A DNA stretch of 64,000 bases from assembly GCA_042296865.1 (NCBI GenBank), contig CP170178.1, positions 2,446,162-2,510,161 of the forward strand, read 5' to 3'. Of this stretch, positions 20,458-30,275 are shown in pieces. The position numbers and the translations under genes are program-made. Source of the DNA: Candidatus Bathyarchaeia archaeon (GTDB lineage: Archaea > Thermoproteota > Bathyarchaeia > Bathyarchaeales > Bathycorpusculaceae). The notes beneath the pieces were generated by a model. It saw only the letters and a list, made by a program, of their open reading frames with translations, made no database searches and was not told where the DNA came from. Position 1 is the stretch's first letter; every line of letters begins with the position of its first letter.

Positions 20458-20898
20458 ATGGCACGTATATTGTTACGGTTAAACGAAAACTTGGTTTCTG
20501 CACCTGTTGTTTCAGAGGTTATACTGGAAAACAAGGTGATGCTGGCTATTTTAGCGGCGCATATTAACTCGAAAGGCGGCGAAATAGTGCTTGAAGTTCC
20601 AGATGATGACCTTAACCAGATTGTATCAGCTTTCCGCCAGAAAGGCGTAACCGTAACAGTGCCTAAACTAATCGAAGTAGACAATGACAAATGCTTCAAC
20701 TGCGGCTCCTGCGTCGCCCTGTGCCCCGTAGAAGCAATCAGCATCACAGAGGACTCATCCATCCAGTTTAACAAAGAAAAATGTGTCGGAAGCGCCTGCA
20801 GCATCTGCGTAGACGCCTGCCCCGCTAGAGCAATAAAATCGATTAGGTACTCTAACGCTGAAAACATGCACAACGGTAACGGGCACCGTGGAAAATAG
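20458..20898 (+). CDS. NIL-domain plus 2x[4Fe-4S] ferredoxin protein (MA1822-like partner)
   Basis: 146 aa. N-terminal NIL-like fold, CFNCGSCVALCP and CSICVDACP cluster motifs. Begins 4 nt after the upstream stop. Confidence 0.75.
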   Translation: MARILLRLNENLVSAPVVSEVILENKVMLAILAAHINSKGGEIVLEVPDDDLNQIVSAFRQKGVTVTVPKLIEVDNDKCFNCGSCVALCPVEAISITEDSSIQFNKEKCVGSACSICVDACPARAIKSIRYSNAENMHNGNGHRGK

Positions 20899-21600
20899 TT
20901 GCCAAACAATCTTTTTAAAGAAAACTTTACCTACAAAGACAGCGTCTGCCACATAATCAGCGACATCTCAGACGGTTTAGGTGCTGCTAAAGAATCAATC
21001 ACCCGCAACTATCAAGAACTCGAAACTTACATACGGACAAACCAAAAATTCTTTTACAGTTTTGACCCATTAACAGCACCTGATAAGCCTATTGTTGCTA
21101 AATTGATGGCGTTAGCTGCACAGAAAGCCAATGTTGGCCCCATGGCGGCTGTCGCAGGCGTCATTGCCGATTTAGCGGTGGCTGACATGCAAAAGGTTGG
21201 CTGTAAAGTTGCGGTTGTAGAGGACGGCGGCGAAATCTGCGCAGTCTCTGACAGGCCAATTGATGTGGCTTTAGCTGCAGGTAATGAGCCGTTGTCGAAA
21301 CATTTCGGGTTTAGGCTTACAGATTTTCCAGTTGGTGTTGCAACGAGTTCTGGCAGGTTTAGTCACGCTTTTAGTTTCGGTGAAGCGGAGGCGGCTACGG
21401 TTTTCTGCAGGGAAGCAGGATTGGCGGATGCAGCTGCTACGGCGGTTGGCAACGTGGTGAAGGGCTCGGTTGAGGAGGGTATAGCGGCTGGGTTAAAGCA
21501 GGGTTTAAGCATTGAGGGCGTGTTGGGTGTGCTTGTCTTGTATCAGGGTCAAGTGGGTACGGCTGGCAAGATTCCGCAGATAATCAAGGTTGACTCTTAG
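20899..21600 (+). CDS. UPF0280 / COG2122 (ApbE-superfamily-like) protein
   Basis: 233 aa. Starts immediately after the NIL-ferredoxin stop. Gly/Ala-rich pattern with PMAAVAG. Family call is from memory and context. Confidence 0.55.
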   Translation: MPNNLFKENFTYKDSVCHIISDISDGLGAAKESITRNYQELETYIRTNQKFFYSFDPLTAPDKPIVAKLMALAAQKANVGPMAAVAGVIADLAVADMQKVGCKVAVVEDGGEICAVSDRPIDVALAAGNEPLSKHFGFRLTDFPVGVATSSGRFSHAFSFGEAEAATVFCREAGLADAAATAVGNVVKGSVEEGIAAGLKQGLSIEGVLGVLVLYQGQVGTAGKIPQIIKVDS

Positions 21601-21724
21601 CCTTTGCTGGAATGCTTGGTTTTTGTTTGTTTTGCTTGTTAGAATTTAATTGTTTAATCGATATACTGATAAGTGGAAACATTATTTTAACAAAATATCT
21701 TCCAAGCATTAAAGGTAGAAAAAG

Positions 21725-22744
21725 ATGGTTAAAACTTACAATATTGCAGTCCTTAAAGGCGACGGAATCGGACCTGAAGTTACCGAGGCAACCGTAAAGG
21801 TTCTTGACGCTGTCCAAAAAACTTCAAACTTTAAACTTAACTACCTCTATGGCGAAGCAGGTGCACACTGCATCCCAGAACACGGCACAAACCTGCCCAA
21901 AGAAACCGTGGAAATGATAAAAAAAACCGATGCCTGCCTTAAAGGCCCAATGACCACCCCCGAAGAACCCGGCGCACCAGTCAGCGTTGCAGTTACCCTA
22001 CGTCGAATGTTTGACTTGTATGCAAATGTTCGTCCATGTAAAAGCTTTCCAAGTGTAGAATCATTAAAACCCGATATTGACTTAGTCGTTGTCAGAGAGA
22101 ACACTGAAGGCCTCTACTCCGGCAAAGAAGCACTTATCGCACCAGGCGTAAGCGTGGCTTTCCGAATTATCACAACAGAAGCTTCAACCAAAGTAGCCGA
22201 ATTCGCTTTCAAACTGGCAATGCAACGCAAAAAACACTTAACCTACATACACAAAGGCAACATTCTACGCATAACCGACGGAGTCTTCAAGGATGCAGTG
22301 AAAGAAGTCCAAAAGAAATACCCCGAAGTCACCGTTGACGATTTGCACATTGACGCTGCAACCATGCAACTCATCAAGCAACCCGCAAGCTACGACGTTA
22401 TGGTTACCACAAACCTGTTCGGCGACATCATCAGCGACGAAGCCGCGCAAGTAACCGGCAGCCTCGGTTTAGCGGCAGGCGCCAACATCGGCAACACGTA
22501 CGGCATGTTTGAACCAGTCCACGGGTCAGCACCAAAATACACTGGCATGAACCGCGTTAACCCAATCGCCACTATTCTTGCAGGCGCAATGATGCTTGAC
22601 TACCTTGGCGAAAAAGAAGCCGCTAAAAAGATTGAAAACGCAGTAATTGCAGTGCTGGTTGAAGGAAAAGTTCGAACAGCAGATTTAGGTGGAAAAGCAA
22701 CAACCAGTGACATGGCAGACGCAATCGTTGAAAAACTCAAATAG
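21725..22744 (+). CDS. Isopropylmalate / homoisocitrate / isocitrate dehydrogenase family protein
   Basis: 339 aa. GDGIGPEV, NLFGDIISDEAA and the GSAPKY(TG) motif. Substrate cannot be decided by eye. Confidence 0.85.
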   Translation: MVKTYNIAVLKGDGIGPEVTEATVKVLDAVQKTSNFKLNYLYGEAGAHCIPEHGTNLPKETVEMIKKTDACLKGPMTTPEEPGAPVSVAVTLRRMFDLYANVRPCKSFPSVESLKPDIDLVVVRENTEGLYSGKEALIAPGVSVAFRIITTEASTKVAEFAFKLAMQRKKHLTYIHKGNILRITDGVFKDAVKEVQKKYPEVTVDDLHIDAATMQLIKQPASYDVMVTTNLFGDIISDEAAQVTGSLGLAAGANIGNTYGMFEPVHGSAPKYTGMNRVNPIATILAGAMMLDYLGEKEAAKKIENAVIAVLVEGKVRTADLGGKATTSDMADAIVEKLK

Positions 22745-23957
22745 TTTTAACTGTAAATTTGGTTCCGCCTCGAGTGGATAACTCCACTCTATTTCCATAC
22801 CCCTTCTTAACAAAAGCGTTTTCCACAGTAACCTCATCACCCAGCTTTATGCTGCTAAGTTGTTCAGCTTGGTTACGCCATACAGAAACCCGCACGGAAC
22901 CAGTTTCGTCTTTTAACTCAAAATTAAGCAGTTTGATTTGTTCGCCTTTGCCGGTGGTTACTTCTTTTATGGGGTCAACATTTGAGATGTCGCCTTCAAC
23001 GTTCACGGTGTCTCCTTCTTTTAGGTTTGCCAACTTGGTCATTGTAAGAACAACAGGTTGAACCTGAACAAAACTTGACGAGTCAACATGAACTTCAAAA
23101 CCGCCCGCTTCTTTTTCTTTAACTTTACCGTTAACCAAGTGTATGCAAGCTTTAGGTTTAAGTTGCCCTTCCAACTCATCCACTTTGCCGTTCCAAACCA
23201 CAACCGTGATGTCTGCTGAACCGTCCGTGAGAGTGAACCGTAACAGTTTGCCTTCTGCTCCGTCGCCTTTAGTGAACGTTTTCGAACCAAACACTTCCTT
23301 AACCATACCAGCTAAATGCACGTTGCTAAAAGTGTTGGTTATTTCACCAATTTTTGAAGCAAACTTTTCCACGCCGGGGTAACTGGTTTTTGGGTCTTCG
23401 TTAATTTCGATTTTGCTTTTACCGCCCAAATGCAATTCAACCTTGCCGTACTGGTCATCCCTTGTGTACCCATGCAGAAGCCTAACCGTTTGACCAGCTT
23501 TCAACTCGCCATTCTCAACAATATCCGCTTTATCATTCCACAAAACCACACGCAGAATGCTGTCATCGTCAACAATCATCAGGTTGGCGAATTTGCCACT
23601 TTTTTCTGCGCCGTTAAAACTGCGTGCTGGAAAAACAGCAACCAATCTGCCTTCAACCGAAACATCATTTAAACCTGAAAAAAGTCGGCCTGAGGGCAAA
23701 ATTTGGCTAAACTCAATCTTCTGCTGTGTAACTTCAACGCCGTGTCGTGCAGCTATTAGTCGTAGAAGCGTTTCGTCACTTAACAGTCCGCCTGAACGTG
23801 CCCTTTCCTGCAGGAGGGTTTCTTGGATCTGCTGTTCAGACATTTCTGGATGCTTAGCAAGTATGCCTGCAATAATTTCTTGGGTTGTCATTTGCTCTGC
23901 ACGAAATAGGTGTTCTGCTTGTTTATAGTTTACCATTAAAAAAGACGGTTTTGGCAT
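22737..23957 (-). CDS. RPA-like ssDNA-binding protein with three OB folds and a helical N-terminal domain
   Basis: 406 aa. Three repeats of the pattern V.GR/G.V..V....F......G....L.L.D.(T)G.I.V..W. Alternative start at 23891. 8-nt convergent overlap with the upstream dehydrogenase gene. Confidence 0.6.
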   Translation of the reverse strand: MPKPSFLMVNYKQAEHLFRAEQMTTQEIIAGILAKHPEMSEQQIQETLLQERARSGGLLSDETLLRLIAARHGVEVTQQKIEFSQILPSGRLFSGLNDVSVEGRLVAVFPARSFNGAEKSGKFANLMIVDDDSILRVVLWNDKADIVENGELKAGQTVRLLHGYTRDDQYGKVELHLGGKSKIEINEDPKTSYPGVEKFASKIGEITNTFSNVHLAGMVKEVFGSKTFTKGDGAEGKLLRFTLTDGSADITVVVWNGKVDELEGQLKPKACIHLVNGKVKEKEAGGFEVHVDSSSFVQVQPVVLTMTKLANLKEGDTVNVEGDISNVDPIKEVTTGKGEQIKLLNFELKDETGSVRVSVWRNQAEQLSSIKLGDEVTVENAFVKKGYGNRVELSTRGGTKFTVKTI

Positions 23958-23995
23958 AATTTATTAAACCTAAAATCAGATATTGTTTGAATAAG

Positions 23996-24265
23996 ATGGA
24001 TTATTCTCTTCTTTACACAGTCGGCTTCGTGCTAATTATTGTTGGAATCATTGTTGTAGCCGTCGCCATTTTGGTTTCAGCAGGCAAATCCAGAAGCACC
24101 GAGGGTAAAGAAGAAGGCAGTAAAGCGCGGGGTGGAGGCGTAATCATGATTGGACCAATTCCCATAATTTTTGGCACAGACAAAAAATCCGTAAAAACTG
24201 TGTTGGCGCTTGCGTTAGCCCTAACAATCGCGCTTATTGTATGGTATTATTTGATGTTGAGGTGA
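23996..24265 (+). CDS. DUF131 (TIGR00304-like) small membrane protein
   Basis: [19 protein letters not shown] motif between two TM helices. ATG at 23996; the track ORF starts at TTG 23987. Confidence 0.55.
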   Translation: MDYSLLYTVGFVLIIVGIIVVAVAILVSAGKSRSTEGKEEGSKARGGGVIMIGPIPIIFGTDKKSVKTVLALALALTIALIVWYYLMLR

Positions 24266-24270
24266 ACAGA

Positions 24271-24579
24271 ATGTTTACAAGTAATGAACAGGCAGATGAT
24301 AAATCAGATGGGGTCACTGTTTCTAGCAGACTCTTTGGCTTGTTACTGTTGGGTTTTGGGTTGGTTTTTGTTGGTGTTATTGTTTTGGTGGTTGCCGCCG
24401 TTTTGAGCAGTGGCGGTTCAGGCAGCGTGGGCGGTGTTATTTTTATTGGTCCAATCCCTATCGTGTTTGGGGCAGGACCTGACTCAAATTGGCTAATAAT
24501 AATTAGTATTATAATTGCGGTTGTAATGTTCGCGGTTTTCTTTATATTTTCAAGGCGAACAAGAAGAGTAAATAATTAA
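24271..24579 (+). CDS. DUF131 (TIGR00304-like) small membrane protein, tandem paralogue
   Basis: GGVIFIGPIPIVFGAGPD motif. GAGGTGA Shine-Dalgarno 6 nt before ATG 24271. Confidence 0.55.
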   Translation: MFTSNEQADDKSDGVTVSSRLFGLLLLGFGLVFVGVIVLVVAAVLSSGGSGSVGGVIFIGPIPIVFGAGPDSNWLIIISIIIAVVMFAVFFIFSRRTRRVNN

Positions 24580-24589
24580 AGAAAATGGT

Positions 24590-24715
24590 TTATTCTTCTT
24601 CTTTTTCTTCCTTATCTTTACCGTAGTAAACGTAAAGGAAGATTAACAGTATAGCAACAGCAGTTGCACCCATCAAGAGATACTGCAAGATTGCGAAATA
24701 TGCACTTAAGTCCAT
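24590..24715 (-). CDS. Possible 41-aa single-TM micro-protein with acidic tail (not in ORF track)
   Basis: MDLSAYFAILQYLLMGATAVAILLIFLYVYYGKDKEEKEEE, read by hand. AGGAG lies 8 nt upstream of the ATG. Confidence 0.3.
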   Translation of the reverse strand: MDLSAYFAILQYLLMGATAVAILLIFLYVYYGKDKEEKEEE

Positions 24716-24760
24716 CGTGATTCTCCTATTGTTTTACTTATTCTTGTAACATCTAAATAT

Positions 24761-25171
24761 TTAAGGTGTAGCTTTTTTCCACTCATTCATAAGCATATCA
24801 TAGTTCTCGTCGTATGCATCAATGGTTTCAAACCAGCCTAGATTCTGAGCAATTTTTTGAGCAAACAAGTGATAGCACATATGAACCTTCTTGTCTAAGA
24901 CTCGAAAATAGAAGTCTTCGCAGGTGCAGTATTCGGCTTCAGGCATAATCAGGTAATCTCTTTCTCTGCCGATGACAATCCAAACTACACGCATGCTTGG
25001 TTTGAAAATGTACTTTTTTACCCTGTTATCCTTAAGCGTGTCGAGGGCTTTAGTAAAGCGTTGCCCAAAAAGCTCGTAGAGTTCGTTAATGTTGTCGCCT
25101 GAAAGTTTGCCTGCTGCTTTGGCTTGCCTGCAAATAGCGTTTAAGGTTTCTATTTCAGAGTTGTCAGTCAA
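24761..25171 (-). CDS. SWIM zinc-finger domain protein
   Basis: 136 aa. CTCEDFYFRVLDKKVHMCYH fits CxC-x(n)-CxH. Confidence 0.5.
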   Translation of the reverse strand: MTDNSEIETLNAICRQAKAAGKLSGDNINELYELFGQRFTKALDTLKDNRVKKYIFKPSMRVVWIVIGRERDYLIMPEAEYCTCEDFYFRVLDKKVHMCYHLFAQKIAQNLGWFETIDAYDENYDMLMNEWKKATP

Positions 25172-25222
25172 CAGTTTACACTGCAGTATTCTATGAAAAG
25201 AGGGAGAATTTAGGCTTTTAGT

Positions 25223-25822
25223 TTAGCTGATGTTGATTGGCTCGCCTTTTGGATTACCTGCGGGTTCAACTTTTGGAATTACGACCTCTAAAACGCCGTT
25301 CTTATACGTTGAATGAGCCTCTTTAATGCGTGTTTTAACAGGTAACTCTACTTCCTTGTAATACTTGTACTGAGGCGTATCAACGGAAATGGTCAAGGAG
25401 TCGTCGGTTCCGTGCAGTTTAATGTCCGTTTTTTCCACACCAGGCAACTCAACCACGACACGAATTTCACTAGCGTTGTCTATCACGTCAACGAGGGGTT
25501 CACGTTCCTCTTTAACTTCGGGGCCTTTGAGGCTTTTTTTAAGGTTTCCAAACTCTTGAATGTCCGGTTTACCGTCTGGGCCTATCTTCATGCTGTAACC
25601 GTAAACAAATGGTCCAAGCTCTTTAACCGTGCTGCCGTCTGGTAGTTTGCGTTCTTTTATGTATTCTTTTGGAACTTTTTCTTGGAAGTTTTTGAATTCA
25701 TTTTCCATCATTTTTTCCATTTCACGAAACATGTTATCGATGTCGCCAAAGAATGGGTCTTTAGATGTTGAACGTTTTTTCTTGAACCATTCAGGAAAAT
25801 CATCATTGTTCTCCGAAGACAA
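25223..25822 (-). CDS. hsp20: Hsp20/alpha-crystallin small heat-shock protein
   Basis: 199 aa. The alpha-crystallin core (VDVIDNASEIRVVVELPGVEKTDIKL...) and C-terminal YKNGVLEVVIPK are typical. Confidence 0.85.
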   Translation of the reverse strand: MSSENNDDFPEWFKKKRSTSKDPFFGDIDNMFREMEKMMENEFKNFQEKVPKEYIKERKLPDGSTVKELGPFVYGYSMKIGPDGKPDIQEFGNLKKSLKGPEVKEEREPLVDVIDNASEIRVVVELPGVEKTDIKLHGTDDSLTISVDTPQYKYYKEVELPVKTRIKEAHSTYKNGVLEVVIPKVEPAGNPKGEPINIS

Positions 25823-25907
25823 AACAGGTCACCACCTAAAATGTTGGGCTTTCCGCTCCAATAAATTTTTTGTCCTCAACAGGCTTGATACAGGTTAATT
25901 GTTTGGT

Positions 25908-26750
25908 CTAAACTGTTTTAAGTTGATGTAAAGTTCCTAAAAACGTGCCGTCAAGCAAGTAAAGGTCTGAATGTGCCACGTCAACCGCGTCCGAACGCAA
26001 AACTGGACCAATCAAGCCTTCAGCACCCGTTTCTCTTTTTGGGTGTGCCTCATTAATTGGTCTGCCGCCTAAGAAATCGTTAAAACTAGGCATAATCAAA
26101 AGCTCCACAGTTTTAGCCCTAAACCCAAAATGCGCCTTCAACGTTTGCTCCACTGAGCCCTCAATTTTGGTGCCATGTTTCTCCAAAAAAACCTGTGCCA
26201 ACGATTGAGTGTTGCAGTTTGCTTTCATCCACACTTGCCGGTTAATCTTAAACCCTGCAGGGTCACGAAACACCACAACAGGATGCAGATGCCCCATAAC
26301 AAGGGTTTTGCACTTTAAAAGTTCAGGTGAAGGCCACTTGTGCCCATGAAACACTCCCACGTCACCGATTACGGCGCCAGTTGCAGGTAGCATTTTGACG
26401 TTTTCAGGTAGTAGCGGTTCCAAGTTGGCGTCGTGGTTGCCTCGGACGATGGCGATGTCTTTTACCAGGTTGCCTATTTTGTTGAAGAAGTCTGGGATGT
26501 CATGCCATTCGCCAGGCTCGGTTTTCATAACGGTGTATTTTACGTCACCCAAAACGACAAGTCTGTCAGGGTTGTACTGGGTGATTAGGTTTGCGAGTTT
26601 GTCTAAAAGTTTTATGGTTTGGCTTGGTACATGGATGCCTTTTGCTTGAAGCTCATTTTCCCAACCAATGTGCGTGTCGGCGATAAGAAGAGTTTTGGTT
26701 TTTTCTGTTTTTATTAGTGCTGCAGGGTGTGGGAAAAGGAGTTTTAGCAT
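25908..26750 (-). CDS. Metallophosphoesterase (archaeal SbcD/Mre11-related, TIGR00024-like)
   Basis: 280 aa. LIADTHIG, VLGDVKY, RGNHD and GHLHP motifs. 1-nt TAATG overlap with the upstream IMPase gene. Confidence 0.75.
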   Translation of the reverse strand: MLKLLFPHPAALIKTEKTKTLLIADTHIGWENELQAKGIHVPSQTIKLLDKLANLITQYNPDRLVVLGDVKYTVMKTEPGEWHDIPDFFNKIGNLVKDIAIVRGNHDANLEPLLPENVKMLPATGAVIGDVGVFHGHKWPSPELLKCKTLVMGHLHPVVVFRDPAGFKINRQVWMKANCNTQSLAQVFLEKHGTKIEGSVEQTLKAHFGFRAKTVELLIMPSFNDFLGGRPINEAHPKRETGAEGLIGPVLRSDAVDVAHSDLYLLDGTFLGTLHQLKTV

Positions 26751-27574
26751 TAGGGTTTGACCAATCCAAGAATCGTCTCGTGGATTTTGGTGTTGCCTGA
26801 CGCTACAAACTTTAAGCTCTGCTTTGGGTCTAATGGTACGTTTACTGGCTGATTATCCATGCCGGTTACTAAGCCGCCTGCTTCCTTAATTATTAAAAAC
26901 CCGGCTGCCACGTCGGTAGTACGCAGTTTTCCCCGTATGTCAACAAACGCGTCTGTTAACCCGTTAGCGACATAGCAGAGCTCCAGCGCGTTTGCGCCGT
27001 AATGCCTGATGTGTTTGGTTTGCTGGATAAGGTCGGTTAGTTTGGGGGCTACTTCGGCGACTTTGTAAGTGTTAAGGTCCATGCCGATTACTGCTTCATG
27101 AAGCGAGGTCACTTGTGAGGTGCTGATTTTTTCGCCGTCACGGTAAGCGCCCTTGCCTTCCTGCGCCATATACGTAATGTCATGGTAAAGGTCGGTGACT
27201 GAGGCTGCGAAAACTTCACTCATGACTGGTTTTTTTGAAACTGCAATTGACGACGCGTAGAAGGGTAAGCCTCTAAGGAAGTTTGTTGTGCCGTCGATTG
27301 GGTCAATTGTTATGTAACAATCTTGAGGTGAGTTGCCATATTTTTCAAAACCTGATTCTTCGCTGATAAGCGAGAAGGATACGCCGTTATTTTGCATGGT
27401 TTCAACGATGGCTTTTTCTGCTGCTAAATCGGCTGGTTTTTTTGCGTCTCCGCCTGCGCCTATGCCAAGGTCGGGTAAGGGTTCATGGATGGTTTTTAGG
27501 TGTGGTTTTATTGCTTTTTCAACGTTGTTTTTGCATTCATTTAAGATTTTAAACCAGTCTTGTTGAGTGCTCAT
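26750..27574 (-). CDS. suhB: Inositol monophosphatase / FBPase family protein
   Basis: 274 aa. SEESG, IDPIDGTTNF and the GA.ALELCYVA motif. Confidence 0.85.
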   Translation of the reverse strand: MSTQQDWFKILNECKNNVEKAIKPHLKTIHEPLPDLGIGAGGDAKKPADLAAEKAIVETMQNNGVSFSLISEESGFEKYGNSPQDCYITIDPIDGTTNFLRGLPFYASSIAVSKKPVMSEVFAASVTDLYHDITYMAQEGKGAYRDGEKISTSQVTSLHEAVIGMDLNTYKVAEVAPKLTDLIQQTKHIRHYGANALELCYVANGLTDAFVDIRGKLRTTDVAAGFLIIKEAGGLVTGMDNQPVNVPLDPKQSLKFVASGNTKIHETILGLVKP

Positions 27575-27667
27575 CTTTGGTTCTTCCTGTTAAGAGTGTA
27601 TTATGTTAAACTTGATAAAGGCTTTATCCTAAAAACAAAATTTGTACCTTACAGCAAAAGGTTAACC

Positions 27668-27760
27668 AACCTATTTGCCGTCTATTAGGATGCTAATAGT
27701 TATTCTATGCAAAAACCTATAGGGGGTAGACCATTTTAACGCTTTTTGCAGTGCAAAAAT
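27668..27760 (-). repeat. Intergenic repeat family, copy E (inverted; core CCTATAGGGGGTAGA on plus strand at 27716-27730)
   Basis: The reverse complement aligns with copy D (AAAAAGCGTnA...CTACCCCCTATAGGTTTTTGCATAGA...). It has 5 rather than 6 C. Lies in the divergent suhB/albA intergenic region. Confidence 0.55.
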
Positions 27761-27961
27761 TATGTTATAAAAACCACTTTAACCCTTTGGTTTTATGGTC
27801 GCATATTATGGTTTCTTCAAGTATAGTTTTTAGAGGCTATAAAATATCGACTTGTTTTTTGTTAGCCAGAAGAATCATTATGCACCACAACATATTTATG
27901 CTCGTAAAAAAAGCTACTAAACCGCACCTTAAAATGTTAATTTAGGAGTAAAGCTAAAACC

Positions 27962-28240
27962 ATGTCAGAAGCTAATGCAGTGTTGATCGGCAAAAAACCA
28001 ATCATGAATTACGTCCTTGCTTGCATAACCTTCTTTCATGGTGGAGCTAAAGAAGTAAATATTAAAGCAAGAGGAAAAGCAATCAGCAGAGCCATCGATG
28101 TAGCTGAAGTTGTAAGACGCAAATTCCTTCCAGACGTAAAAGTTAAAGCAATTGCAATCGGAACTGATCAGGTTCAACCTCAAGATGAGGAAGCTCAACT
28201 CAGCAACGTAAGCACAATCGAAATTACTCTTCAACGCTGA
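27962..28240 (+). CDS. albA: Alba DNA/RNA-binding protein
   Basis: 92 aa. [14 protein letters not shown] and [20 protein letters not shown] are typical Alba motifs. Confidence 0.9.
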   Translation: MSEANAVLIGKKPIMNYVLACITFFHGGAKEVNIKARGKAISRAIDVAEVVRRKFLPDVKVKAIAIGTDQVQPQDEEAQLSNVSTIEITLQR

Positions 28241-28307
28241 AAGCATATGCCTCACGCTTAGGGCTCAAACAAAAGCTCCTATTACAATAAATGAAGGCGA
28301 TTCAGAC

Positions 28308-28817
28308 ATGAAAACAGAACTTTGCAGCTTTTGCCTAAAAAGTGGCATGCTATGCCAGAAATGTTCAGCCAAAGTAAAGGCTGGAGAAATAACCGACCTA
28401 GACCTTAGAATCGCCAGACTCCTACTCAACATGGAAGATAAGTATCCTACGCTTCAAAACGTTTGCTTCTACAAAGCCGTTGACGTAGAAAAAACTTTAG
28501 CAATCCTTGTCGGACACGGCGATGTACCACGCTTACTAGGGTACGGCGGCAAAATCATCAAAGCACTCAGCGACGAAACAGGCAAAAACGTACGCATACT
28601 TGAATACGGCGTTGACGACCGCAAATTCCTCGAAGACCTCTTCATCCCATTCAGCATACTAACCATCAACACAATCTGGCTACCTGACGGAACAACCGAA
28701 ACCCGCGTCATCCTAAAACGCAAACGTGGCCAACAATTACCCTTTGACCTTACAGCGCTTAAAGGAATCGCTCAAAGCGTAAGGAAAATGTCTATTCGCG
28801 TTGAATTTGCAGATTAA
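28308..28817 (+). CDS. KH-domain RNA-binding protein with N-terminal zinc ribbon
   Basis: 169 aa. CSFC...CQKC ribbon, then LGYGGKIIKALSDETGKNVRILEY (GxxG KH motif). Confidence 0.5.
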   Translation: MKTELCSFCLKSGMLCQKCSAKVKAGEITDLDLRIARLLLNMEDKYPTLQNVCFYKAVDVEKTLAILVGHGDVPRLLGYGGKIIKALSDETGKNVRILEYGVDDRKFLEDLFIPFSILTINTIWLPDGTTETRVILKRKRGQQLPFDLTALKGIAQSVRKMSIRVEFAD

Positions 28818-28830
28818 CGGTTGAAGAGCC

Positions 28831-30150
28831 ATGACTATGGACTTCATTGGAGACTGGACAAGAACACACAACATCAGTAAGGTTTCTCCAGACTTAGACA
28901 CTAAAGAGGTTACCCTGTTTGGGTGGGTACAGGAAGTCCGCGACTTAGGCGGCATCCGTTTCATCATCATGCAAGACAGCACAGGCACCATCCAAATAAC
29001 CATACCCAAAAAACGCGTAGCACCCGAAGTTCTGCAGAAATCTGACCTTCTACAGAAACGTTTCAGCGTAGCCGTCAAAGGTACAGTTAAAAAAACCAAC
29101 ATGACCACCCGCGGCATCGAAATCATCCCAACACAAATCAAACTTTTAAACACCGCAATCGAGCAGTTACCAATCGACATAACGGGCAAAACACCAGCAA
29201 ACATTGAAGCACGCCTCGACGCAAGAGCCCTTGACTTAGCAATGGAAACAAGCCTTGCAGTCTTCAAAATCCAACACACAGCATTACAGGCTATCCGCAG
29301 CTTCCTTTTCGAGAAAGGCTATCTTGAAGTCCACACTCCAAGAATTATCGCCTCCGCAACTGAAGGCGGAGCAGAACTGTTTAGCGTAAAATATTTTGAC
29401 CAAACCGCTTACCTTGCACAGAGTCCACAACTCTACAAGGAACAGTTAACCATGAGCATGGAAAAAGTCTTCGAAGTTGGTCCATTCTTCCGAGCTGAAG
29501 AATCCCACACAAGAAGGCACCTGAGCGAATTTACAAGCGTAGACATAGAGCAAGCTTTCGCTAATGCAGACGACGTAATGGCGCTTCTGGAGCAAGTAAT
29601 CCATCATGTTTTTGTAACCGTTAAAGAGAAATGCGCTAACGAATCACACTTGCTTAAGTACAAGTTTGAAGTCCCAACGCTCCCATTCAAACGTTTAACC
29701 TACACTGAAGTGCTTGAAAACCTAAAAGAGCACGGAGTAGAAATTCCTTGGGGCGAAGACATCCCAACCGAAGCGTTCCGTGAACTGGGCAAACTTTACC
29801 CGTTCTTCTATTTTGTCACAGATTGGCCGTCTAAAGCCAAAACCTTCTACATTAAACCATGCAAAGACAAACCTGAAGTCTGCGAAGGTTTCGACTTAAT
29901 GTGGCGTTACATTGAGTTGGTTTCTGGCGGAACAAGAATAGAGCATAAAGACCAGTTGATGGAGCGAATGCGGGAAAAGGGTTTAAACCCTGAATCATTC
30001 AAGTTTCATCTGCAAGCATTCGATTGGGGCATGCCTCCACATGCAGGTTGGGCTATTGGTCTTGAACGTTTGACAATGATTTTGTCGGGTAGAAAAAATA
30101 TTCGTGAAACAGTCTTGTATCCGCGTGACCGAGTGAGACTAACACCTTAA
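28831..30150 (+). CDS. aspS: Aspartate--tRNA ligase (archaeal/eukaryal type)
   Basis: 439 aa. N-terminal OB fold, class II motifs FRAEESHTRRHLSEF and GLERL. Confidence 0.9.
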   Translation: MTMDFIGDWTRTHNISKVSPDLDTKEVTLFGWVQEVRDLGGIRFIIMQDSTGTIQITIPKKRVAPEVLQKSDLLQKRFSVAVKGTVKKTNMTTRGIEIIPTQIKLLNTAIEQLPIDITGKTPANIEARLDARALDLAMETSLAVFKIQHTALQAIRSFLFEKGYLEVHTPRIIASATEGGAELFSVKYFDQTAYLAQSPQLYKEQLTMSMEKVFEVGPFFRAEESHTRRHLSEFTSVDIEQAFANADDVMALLEQVIHHVFVTVKEKCANESHLLKYKFEVPTLPFKRLTYTEVLENLKEHGVEIPWGEDIPTEAFRELGKLYPFFYFVTDWPSKAKTFYIKPCKDKPEVCEGFDLMWRYIELVSGGTRIEHKDQLMERMREKGLNPESFKFHLQAFDWGMPPHAGWAIGLERLTMILSGRKNIRETVLYPRDRVRLTP

Positions 30151-30151
30151 A

Positions 30152-30173
30152 TTTTTTAGTAATGTTTCTTTTT
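30152..30173 (+). terminator. Oligo-T tracts downstream of aspS (putative archaeal terminator)
   Basis: TTTTTTAGTAATGTTTCTTTTT begins 2 nt after the stop codon. Confidence 0.35.
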
Positions 30174-30275
30174 GGCTTAAGGATTTTTACTTTTTTATTT
30201 TGGAGTCAAGTTCATAAGCAAGCATTGCTACTATTGTAAAGGTTTAACTTAACAAAACATGATAAAGGTAAGACT

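Noticed and set aside
27751-27945. 64-aa GTG-start ORF in the suhB/albA intergenic region.
   Set aside because: It begins inside repeat copy E, is AT-rich low-complexity and has no SD. It occupies the expected albA promoter/5' region.
28737-29279. 180-aa ORF antisense to aspS. Similar long shadow ORFs occur at 20442-20909, 10707-11285, 3801-4274, 38151-38531 and 11902-12297.
   Set aside because: Each lies entirely opposite a CDS with unmistakable family motifs. Their products are low-complexity (Ser/Arg/Cys/Met-rich) with no recognisable motifs, which is typical of antisense-frame artefacts.
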